Origin: a virus
Taxonomy: Duplodnaviria > Caudoviricetes
Length of the DNA stretch: 64,000 nucleotides
IMG/VR virus record: IMGVR_UViG_2913409695_000001
Location: 2,181 to 66,180 of that record
Reading direction: 5' to 3' (one strand)
Positions within the stretch are counted from its first letter, which is position 1. Each line of letters starts with the position of its first letter. Position numbers and translations under genes: made by a program. Below the pieces are notes generated by a model that saw nothing but the letters and a program-made list of their open reading frames with translations, had not been told where the DNA came from and ran no database searches. Shown piece after piece: positions 57,021 through 64,000 of this stretch.

Positions 57021-57710
57021 ATGATAACGCTCGACCAAGTACGCGCTAAATCAGCAAGCAAGCTCGCCGGACTACATCCGGTAGTTTTATCGGCAACTCA
57101 ACGCTTAATCGAACGGACGTACGCGCGCGGCATTCCGATTGTTATTACGCAAGGTCTACGCACGATTGCGGAACAGGACGCACTATACGCGCAAGGCCGA
57201 ACGAAGCCAGGCGCGATTGTTACGAATGCGCGCGGTGGGGAGTCGTTCCATAACTTCGGAGTTGCGGTTGACTTCGCGTTACTGTTACCGGATGGTCGAA
57301 CGTTATCTTGGGATACGTTGCGCGACGGTAATCTCGACTTGTTGCCGGACTGGTCTGAAGTCGTTGACGAAGCCAAAGCGCTCGGATTTGCGTGGGGCGG
57401 CGACTGGCGTTCATTTAAAGACCTACCGCATTTCGAAATGACATTCGGATTGACGACCGCGCAATACAGAAGTGGAGCCATACCGGACAAAACGAAAGTT
57501 GACGCGGTGTTAGCGATACTGAATCCAGTGGAGGACGATGAAGACGTGAAACTCGATAACGCGAATGTAATCGTAAATGGAACGAAGGTAAAAGACGGAT
57601 TTCTTATGAACGGTTCTGTGTACGTTCCATTGCGTGACGTGGCGGATAGATTCGGCGCCACTATTGCGTGGGATAACGCGACTAAGACTGCGACAGTTAA
57701 GACGAAATGA
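57021..57710 (+). CDS. endolysin, M15 L-Ala-D-Glu peptidase with C-terminal copper-amine-oxidase-like domain
   Basis: GLRTIAEQDALYAQGRT; S.HNFG.AVD; WGGDW...D.PHFE; YVPLR.VA...GA.I.WD. Confidence 0.9.
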   Translation: MITLDQVRAKSASKLAGLHPVVLSATQRLIERTYARGIPIVITQGLRTIAEQDALYAQGRTKPGAIVTNARGGESFHNFGVAVDFALLLPDGRTLSWDTLRDGNLDLLPDWSEVVDEAKALGFAWGGDWRSFKDLPHFEMTFGLTTAQYRSGAIPDKTKVDAVLAILNPVEDDEDVKLDNANVIVNGTKVKDGFLMNGSVYVPLRDVADRFGATIAWDNATKTATVKTK

Positions 57711-57724
57711 ATTTCGGAATATTT

Positions 57725-57790
57725 GCGCCCGTTGGCGAGTAATTTACGTATAAATAATTACGTAGATAATTCGTCGGCGGGCGCTTTTTT
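57725..57790 (+). terminator. long hairpin terminator
   Basis: GCGCCCG...TACGTA/TACGTA...CGGGCGC plus T6. Confidence 0.65.
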
Positions 57791-57863
57791 GTTTCGTATA
57801 TCAAATTATTACATAATGATGTAAACTATTTATAAATATATTTCTAATTAAGGGGGATTTTGT

Positions 57864-58490
57864 ATGGATTCAGAGGAGATTGTATTAACAGAAAATGACG
57901 GGTCAACCGCGGTACAACCAAAACAACGCGTTAACGCACTTACGATTACAACAGCTGTTCTATCAATATTTGCTTTGTGTATCTCAGTTGCCGCTCTTGT
58001 AATCATCCTTACGTTACATAGCGAAATATCAGACCTAAAGAGTCAAAATACAGAATTAAGCGCAGTAAATAATCAACTTCAAAAAGATCAAACCGCATTA
58101 AACGATCAGCAAGAGAAATATAGATCATATTTATTACTTTCTTCCATACAGCATGATATTGAGGATGGTGTAGTAACTGATGATTTTGTCGCTAAAAAAG
58201 TATCGTTTGGATTCGGAAAAGAAGGTAATGATCTGACGCATGTTGTAATTGACCTCAGTAATCAACCTGATATGACGGTGGCCTACAGCGGTAAAGGTAT
58301 ATATTCTATCGCGGACAGAGAGCTAAGAGCTAAATGCAATAGCATAATAAAAGCAGTAAAAGATTATTACGTAAGTGAAGGGTCCGGTGCGCCAGTTTGG
58401 GACGATGATACAAAAGTATCTTTAACAGTTCAAAATTACGAAATTGGAAAAAGTGAAGCCGGAGACTTTAAATTAGTAGGTGAAAAATAA
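57864..58490 (+). CDS. AT-rich moron: single TM, coiled coil, extracellular domain
   Basis: TM ITTAVLSIFALCISVAALVIILTL; own SD and terminator. Confidence 0.7.
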   Translation: MDSEEIVLTENDGSTAVQPKQRVNALTITTAVLSIFALCISVAALVIILTLHSEISDLKSQNTELSAVNNQLQKDQTALNDQQEKYRSYLLLSSIQHDIEDGVVTDDFVAKKVSFGFGKEGNDLTHVVIDLSNQPDMTVAYSGKGIYSIADRELRAKCNSIIKAVKDYYVSEGSGAPVWDDDTKVSLTVQNYEIGKSEAGDFKLVGEK

Positions 58491-58595
58491 AAGTTGAGAA
58501 CCCCGCGTGGCTAATACGTCGGCGGGGCTTTTCTTTTTATATATGTTTACATGAAAATTTTGGTATACTCTAGTCAATAATGACTATTAAAAAGG

Positions 58596-58787
58596 ATGGT
58601 GTTATTAATGAATCAAGAACCGAAAAAAGAGGAAGATGAGGATTTAAGTTATTGGGAAATGTTTACATCAAATAAAAACGTTGCTTCGGTAGTAGTCGGA
58701 ATCGTTGCAAGCATCTTAATTTTATTCGTACTATACGCGTTAGTGAACGGAATCGCGTTTAACGTCGAGATTACTCCGCAACAATAG
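58596..58787 (+). CDS. small membrane moron protein
   Basis: One TM; extended -10 TGGTATACT upstream; terminator at 58803-58840. Confidence 0.55.
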   Translation: MVLLMNQEPKKEEDEDLSYWEMFTSNKNVASVVVGIVASILILFVLYALVNGIAFNVEITPQQ

Positions 58788-58955
58788 AACGCGCAAGAAT
58801 CGGAAGACCCTGCTGGCTTATTGCTCGCAAGGTCTTTTTATTTAATCGTAGACATGCATTATGTACAAGCCCGTACGCATACGCTAGGGTAAAGCGGTCG
58901 CCTACGCGATCCGCGCTTTGGGAGCGACGGTGAGAAACTGCGCTCCTTTTCTCGT

Positions 58956-59171
58956 TTACATTGGCCAAAAGTCGTTTTGACTGACGTTATCACCCGTTAA
59001 TTTCCTCGCCGCATCTATTAACCTCCTCATCGTTGTCCCACTCGGATAATACCCCGGATTACTACATACTCGCGTAAGTGTGTCGCGGCTTACCTTCGAT
59101 ATTTCACGTATCCTCTCTTGTTCTATCCCGTTCCTATCCAGATAACTCCCGAATTTACTTCGCTTTTTCAC
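58956..59171 (-). CDS. XRE-family HTH regulator
   Basis: RSKFGSYLDRNGIEQERIREISKVSRDTLTRVC...DFWPM. Confidence 0.8.
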   Translation of the reverse strand: MKKRSKFGSYLDRNGIEQERIREISKVSRDTLTRVCSNPGYYPSGTTMRRLIDAARKLTGDNVSQNDFWPM

Positions 59172-59336
59172 GCGTCCTCACTCCTTTTATACGAGTTTGG
59201 ACGAGTCTAGCAAAATTTATACGTATCTTTCGGCATTTTTGCGGAAAGTTACGCAAGCCCTCGCGCATAACATCAAACATACGTAAAACGTGACGCATTA
59301 TACGTTTTACCTACGTTATACGGGAGGTGATGCGAA

Positions 59337-60131
59337 GTGGGCGTTAGCCACATTGGATTAGACGTAGGACGAAACGGAGTCAAATCGTTTGATGGCGTCA
59401 GCACGCGGTTTATTCCGTCGGTTGTAGGCGAGTGGCGTGATCGGAGACTTCAATCGCGCAGCAACGACGATATCGAAGTGCTATTCCGCGGTGAGCGCAG
59501 TTTCGTCGGCAACTTGGCGCTAAATGAATCGGAGTTTTGGCGTTATATGATGACGGACGATAAAGCGCACGCAGATACACGGTTACTCGCGCTAGTAGCA
59601 ATACATCGCGCAGGATTAACGGACGACGTAGTGGTAACAACGGGCTTACCGGTTGAACTCCATACGCCAGAGGCAAAAGCGGCTATGCGTAATCTTTTAC
59701 TCGGGCGGTGGGAAATCGAAGTTAATGGCGATCCGCGCGTCATCCGCATACATGACGTTAAAGTTGCGGTAGAAGGCGGAGGGGCATTCTGGTCCGCGCC
59801 AGCCGACGGATTAATACGGGTTATCGACGCAGGAAGTAAAACGGTCAATTACGTAACGATGCGTAATAAGCGCTATGTCGACCGTGATTCCGGCACATTA
59901 CCATTCGGTTTCAATACGAATAAGACGGATAATCCGCGTCAAATGACCGCGCGCATCGCGGGAGAACTCGGCAAGAAATGGAGCGCGAGTGATGACGTGC
60001 GAATATGCGGAGGGCGTGCGGAAGAATTAGCGAAATTACTCCGCGATTACTTCGTTAATGCGCGCGCGATGGCAAATCCGCTATATGCGAATGCGATCGG
60101 ATTCTATCGCGTAGGGAGTGGGACGACGTGA
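59337..60131 (+). CDS. ParM/StbA-family actin-like ATPase
   Basis: Phosphate-1 GLDVGRNGVK; TGLP; VAVEG; phosphate-2 IDAGSKTVN; ICGG; NAIG. Confidence 0.85.
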   Translation: MGVSHIGLDVGRNGVKSFDGVSTRFIPSVVGEWRDRRLQSRSNDDIEVLFRGERSFVGNLALNESEFWRYMMTDDKAHADTRLLALVAIHRAGLTDDVVVTTGLPVELHTPEAKAAMRNLLLGRWEIEVNGDPRVIRIHDVKVAVEGGGAFWSAPADGLIRVIDAGSKTVNYVTMRNKRYVDRDSGTLPFGFNTNKTDNPRQMTARIAGELGKKWSASDDVRICGGRAEELAKLLRDYFVNARAMANPLYANAIGFYRVGSGTT

Positions 60132-60349
60132 ACAATTTCGTTAGGAAAGCGGTAAGTTTTAACGTAGATAACGCTCATCAACGTGAACTTTACGAATGGG
60201 TTACGTTACAGAGCGTCGGTAATTTTAGCGGATATGTGAAAACGGTTCTTTACGCAGCAATGACGGCGAAAATAAGCGGTGCGCCGATGGCTACGCATGT
60301 GATTGCGTCAGGTGACGACGATTCAGACGCGATGAACGATATTTTATAA
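60128..60349 (+). CDS. small ParR-like / ribbon-helix-helix protein
   Basis: KAVSFN beta strand then two helices (NFSGYVK); coupled to parM. Confidence 0.55.
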   Translation: MNNFVRKAVSFNVDNAHQRELYEWVTLQSVGNFSGYVKTVLYAAMTAKISGAPMATHVIASGDDDSDAMNDIL

Positions 60350-60406
60350 AAGATACGTAAGCGCGCCGATAGCTCCGCCGATAATTAGTCCGATAACAAA
60401 AGACAT
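60344..60406 (-). CDS. 20-aa hydrophobic peptide MSFVIGLIIGGAIGALTYLL
   Basis: AAAGGAG SD 9 nt upstream of ATG; one TM with GxxxG. Confidence 0.55.
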   Translation of the reverse strand: MSFVIGLIIGGAIGALTYLL

Positions 60407-60460
60407 TAAAATCAACTCCTTGTGCATTAGTTAAACTTATTATGTCCGACTTAGAGAGGA

Positions 60461-60814
60461 ATGATTCATATGAAAACAGTCACGCTTGAGTGGGGCGCAT
60501 TTATGGACGGTTCAATCGTTACGCGAGAAAACGCGAAGCATCTCGTTACCAAAACGGCGTCCGCAGTCCATCTCGCGTTAATCCCGAAAACTGCGCTAGC
60601 ATCCGCAGTAGCCGGTAGCCAAACGTGGTCGACCGTATTCAGCACGGTGCTCGGCATTGCCGACTGGCTCTGCGTTGGAATTATCGTTTACGCCGGTATA
60701 ACGTGGATGTTCGGTAATCGTACGAAGGCGATCGAGTTCTTGATGGGCGGTGGCATCGGCTATATCATCGTTCGCCATGCGGTTGATATTCGGAATTGGC
60801 TGCGAACTTTATAA
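60461..60814 (+). CDS. TrbC/VirB2 pilin-like membrane protein
   Basis: Signal-like leader ending ALA, then two hydrophobic helices (IIVYAGITWMFGN...GGGIGYII). Confidence 0.55.
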   Translation: MIHMKTVTLEWGAFMDGSIVTRENAKHLVTKTASAVHLALIPKTALASAVAGSQTWSTVFSTVLGIADWLCVGIIVYAGITWMFGNRTKAIEFLMGGGIGYIIVRHAVDIRNWLRTL

Positions 60815-60827
60815 AGGGGTGAGCGCG

Positions 60828-61103
60828 ATGATATTACGGATTAATGGCGCCGCGGTAACAGAGCCGGAGTTATGGAAAGGACCGTTAACGCGCGTAATAG
60901 AGAACGGAGCGTCGAATTTATTTTTTGGAAAATTGGCGGATTTATTCGCGAGTCTTAACGCATTCTCTCCGGAAATTATTACGCTTGGCGTCGTCACATG
61001 CGCGATTGGAATGATGGTAGGGCCGCTCGTTGGTAACGGAAAATGGCTCGGACGTTTGTTTATCACGTTTTGGTTCGGAATTATATGGCGCGTATTAACA
61101 TAG
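60828..61103 (+). CDS. small two-TM membrane protein
   Basis: PEIITLGVVTCAIGMM...LFITFWFGIIW. Confidence 0.65.
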   Translation: MILRINGAAVTEPELWKGPLTRVIENGASNLFFGKLADLFASLNAFSPEIITLGVVTCAIGMMVGPLVGNGKWLGRLFITFWFGIIWRVLT

Positions 61104-61119
61104 AGGGGCGGGTTGTTAT

Positions 61120-61260
61120 ATGGAATCGCGGAGGAACCGGATTGAGAAAAAGCGATTGAAACGCCAAGAACGCAATAAGAAACGGTTTAAAACAGCTAAG
61201 AAAGTAGTCGCCAAAACAGATAAATTAGCTTCAAAAATACTAAGCGGACTAAAGTGGTGA
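61120..61260 (+). CDS. 46-aa very basic protein
   Basis: MESRRNRIEKKRLKRQERNKKRFK...; in operon position. Confidence 0.45.
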   Translation: MESRRNRIEKKRLKRQERNKKRFKTAKKVVAKTDKLASKILSGLKW

Positions 61261-61265
61261 GTTAA

Positions 61266-63716
61266 ATGATCGTACGTGAACGCACGGAACACGCAGTCTT
61301 CCGCATCATTCCGCACCAGTCCGTCCTTAACTCGTCATCGCGCAATTTTCAGCGCGCCCTCTACGAACTGTTCTCCGCACGCACGAAGCCGCGGCGCGAG
61401 GGATACCGCATCATCACGCAGCCAGCGCCGGACTTTTGGTGGATTACGCAAATGACCGCGGACTCGATTACGTTTTACTGCGCAATGCCTGCGGAGTTTG
61501 CGGACGCGTTTCGTATCAAATTTAATAACCACGAGCAATGGCGTAAGTCGACGCTTGAGCTTGCGGACGATTACGAGTTTATCGCGGACAATAATAATAC
61601 GGAGCTATACGCGTTTAAATATCGCCGTCACGACATGTTCTCGCTTGATTTCCGCTATAACGAACAGAATACGCCGGTGCGCGATTTGCTCGGAGTGACG
61701 AACGAATTATCGGATGGCGACGCAATAGCATTATTCATCCGCATGGAAACGATAAGACGCGCTAAGTGGAAGAAACTCGCGGATTACGCGTGGGAAACGT
61801 GGGATAAAGGCGGAGTGCCGTACCGTCCTGGCTTTGATCCGTTGCGGTTACTGCGTAATATTGCGAACGGCATAACGTACGTATTTTACGAAGCTAAAAC
61901 GTTAGTGGAAGACGTACTCACCGGAATTGAGCGCACATTTTATCACGGCGGGTCTGAACGCAAACAATCCGATAAACCGACGCTTCCTAACGCGGACCGT
62001 GCGGAAATCCTCGTTAACGGCGACCTCTCTACGCAGACAAAAAACAAGCGCAATCTGCCCGTGTTCAAAACGTCGATACGTTGCGCCGTCACTTCGGCTG
62101 ACCCCGTTAAGCGCGAAATGCTTGCGCGGTCAGTCGCCGGCGCTTACGGTAACTTAGCGGGAGATAATCGGCTAGAACTCGTAAAGATTAACGTGAGGGC
62201 ACGCCAAGCTACGGAAGATTTACGAAACTGGAAGATACGTGAAATCGCGCCCAACGTAATGAGCGTCGATGAGGTCGGAAAGTTAACGCAGCTACCAACC
62301 GCCGACGTTCAAGCGGAGTTTGCGGACGTCCTCACGGCTAATCGGCGCGTTGAAATCGAGATACCGCGCGTATTCCTTGATGACCGCGGCATATTGGCGG
62401 GCGTGGCTTCGGATAGGGGAACGGAACATCCGATTTATATACCGACGAATCAACCGGATAAGTTATACACGGCGCGAGTAGTTAACGGGTCGCCGCGCAT
62501 GGGTAAGGATCAGCACGTTATCAATCTCGTCGTCGAGGCGAAGCGCAAGCGCGGTATCGGCGCGGTCATTCCGGACTTTATCGACGAACACAACCGCGAT
62601 AAAGCGGGCAATCAACGCGGCATGGCCGACGCAATTCGCGACCATCTATCGCCGGATGACATTATCGACATCAACTTAGCGGACACAGCCTACGCGCCAT
62701 ATCTCGGACTACAAACGATATTGCATAACGTCGCGGACAAACGGATAGCGGCCGATGTGATCGCGGAATATCTAACGGATTTTCTACTATCGGAAGGTGA
62801 CGAGGATAAGTTTCAGACGGCGGAATTTACGCGTGACGCGGCGAAGGTGTGTAGCGGGGATTTAACGGATATGAAGGCGATGTTTACTGACGCGGCATTC
62901 CGTAAGCGTAAGATAGCGGAGTTAGACGACGTATTCGATATGGACGTGTGGCGCGACTTCGATAGGATGAGCGAGGGGAAGCAGGGGCAAATATACGGTC
63001 CGGTCATGCGGCGCATCGGGCAGATTACGAGCAGCGAGTTTTTGAAGCCGATGTTTTGCCAAGCGCATAATCCGGCGATGGATCTATACGGATGGATTGC
63101 GGCAGGCAAAGTCGTAATCATACGTTGCAAAATGCCGGACGGTGTTCCGATGCCTGAGCGCATAAAACAGCTTCTCGGTTATTGGATCGTAATGCTCGCG
63201 TTTCTAATTAAGCTCGCGCAAGGCGGTTCCGGCGCCGGCACATTTCTCGTACTCAACGAGCCTCACCAGTTTATGTCGCGCGGCCTCGTTCATTTTACGA
63301 AACGGATGTTGCGCGAAGGTCCGAAGTATAAATGCGCGCCGATCATCGTATTTCACGACTTTAGCGCATTCCGCGAGTATTCCGGCTTTGTCGATACGTT
63401 ACTGTCCGCGTCCGTTAACTGGCACATATTCCGCAACACGCACGTTGATACCTACGTGAAATTGATGCCGTATTTATCGCGTACATTTGCCGACGCGCAG
63501 ATGGCATTCGAGGCGACGCGCCAATACCAGTTTATCGCGTGTTGGTTAGCGCAAGGCGAGTACGAAGCGCCGTTCGTATGTGACGCGCTAGAGCCGGTAG
63601 GTAAGCGGTATGAGAGCGCCGATAATTCGAAGCTGACGCGGGAACATGCGCGCAAATATGGGCGGCCGATTGCGGACGTGTTGGCGGAGATAAAAAGGCG
63701 TGTACCACAACGATAA
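61266..63716 (+). CDS. VirB4/TrwB/HerA-FtsK superfamily ATPase-like protein
   Basis: Walker A-like GSPRMGKD; Walker B-like LVLNEPHQ; REGPKY. Confidence 0.7.
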   Translation: MIVRERTEHAVFRIIPHQSVLNSSSRNFQRALYELFSARTKPRREGYRIITQPAPDFWWITQMTADSITFYCAMPAEFADAFRIKFNNHEQWRKSTLELADDYEFIADNNNTELYAFKYRRHDMFSLDFRYNEQNTPVRDLLGVTNELSDGDAIALFIRMETIRRAKWKKLADYAWETWDKGGVPYRPGFDPLRLLRNIANGITYVFYEAKTLVEDVLTGIERTFYHGGSERKQSDKPTLPNADRAEILVNGDLSTQTKNKRNLPVFKTSIRCAVTSADPVKREMLARSVAGAYGNLAGDNRLELVKINVRARQATEDLRNWKIREIAPNVMSVDEVGKLTQLPTADVQAEFADVLTANRRVEIEIPRVFLDDRGILAGVASDRGTEHPIYIPTNQPDKLYTARVVNGSPRMGKDQHVINLVVEAKRKRGIGAVIPDFIDEHNRDKAGNQRGMADAIRDHLSPDDIIDINLADTAYAPYLGLQTILHNVADKRIAADVIAEYLTDFLLSEGDEDKFQTAEFTRDAAKVCSGDLTDMKAMFTDAAFRKRKIAELDDVFDMDVWRDFDRMSEGKQGQIYGPVMRRIGQITSSEFLKPMFCQAHNPAMDLYGWIAAGKVVIIRCKMPDGVPMPERIKQLLGYWIVMLAFLIKLAQGGSGAGTFLVLNEPHQFMSRGLVHFTKRMLREGPKYKCAPIIVFHDFSAFREYSGFVDTLLSASVNWHIFRNTHVDTYVKLMPYLSRTFADAQMAFEATRQYQFIACWLAQGEYEAPFVCDALEPVGKRYESADNSKLTREHARKYGRPIADVLAEIKRRVPQR

Positions 63717-63780
63717 AATATGTCCCGCTCGGCTTAATTTTTTGTAATATTTTAACACTGGCGCGCATACCTATATTTTC

Positions 63781-63809
63781 TTGACTTAACGTTGTCCGCG
63801 TGTTATTAT
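63781..63809 (+). promoter_or_regulatory. sigma-A promoter upstream of the tRNA
   Basis: TTGACT-17-TATTAT with extended TG. Confidence 0.65.
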
Positions 63810-63961
63810 AACTTCCGTCGGTAGCGAGGTACGCACGACTAAAATATTGCGCGGTTAAACGGTTGCCTACCGTTAGCCTACCGCATAGCCTAACGGAAAC
63901 GGTAATGCGCGATGTAACGAATAAAACGCGGAGCAAAATCGCGAAAACCCGCGTCATACTT

Positions 63962-64000
63962 GCGGTCGTGGCGGAATTGGCAGACGCGCACGGTTCAGGT
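63962..64000 (+). tRNA. tRNA-Leu(CAG), 5' part, cut by window end
   Basis: GCGGTCGTGGCGGAATTGGCAGACGCG CACGG TT-CAG-GT; leucine D-arm and anticodon loop. Confidence 0.85.

Noticed and set aside
61266-63716. Complete conjugation system or ICE
   Set aside because: No relaxase, no other T4SS core genes, and the surrounding genome is a full virion-producing phage
1-64000. CRISPR array, diversity-generating retroelement, retron or arbitrium locus
   Set aside because: No repeat-spacer array, no reverse transcriptase motif, no TPR receptor with signal-peptide gene seen

Overview
The window is almost entirely one temperate, contractile-tailed (myovirus-type) phage or prophage of a spore-forming Bacillota host, probably Paenibacillaceae (inferred from the endolysin cell-wall domain and the tRNA-Leu sequence). 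It starts mid-gene; no integrase or recognisable repressor module is inside the window. Order on the + strand: early genes; replication (DnaC-like loader, DnaB-like helicase, primase, sigma factor, SSB, a PolA split into two genes, a two-domain beta-clamp homologue, frameshifted DnaQ-like exonuclease, PD-(D/E)XK exonuclease, RuvC-like resolvase); nucleotide metabolism (nrdA, nrdB, phoH, dut, thyX, dNMP kinase); three DNA methyltransferases; a minus-strand accessory operon; origin-like and packaging-like non-coding DNA; terminase, SPP1-type portal, capsid, PBSX/Xkd-like tail and baseplate; holin and endolysin; morons; and a ParM-like actin / small adaptor / VirB2-like pilin / VirB4-HerA-like ATPase module, ending at the 5' half of a tRNA-Leu(CAG) that may be the attachment site. 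Most notable: that terminal module with sporulation-type promoter motifs, about nine genes whose only well-spaced start is ATC/ATT/ATA/CTG/ACG, the split polymerase with a truncated clamp, several promoter-hairpin-terminator cassettes convergent on regulator genes, and a 95-bp element repeated 37 kb apart. All assignments come from motif recognition by eye; no searches were run.
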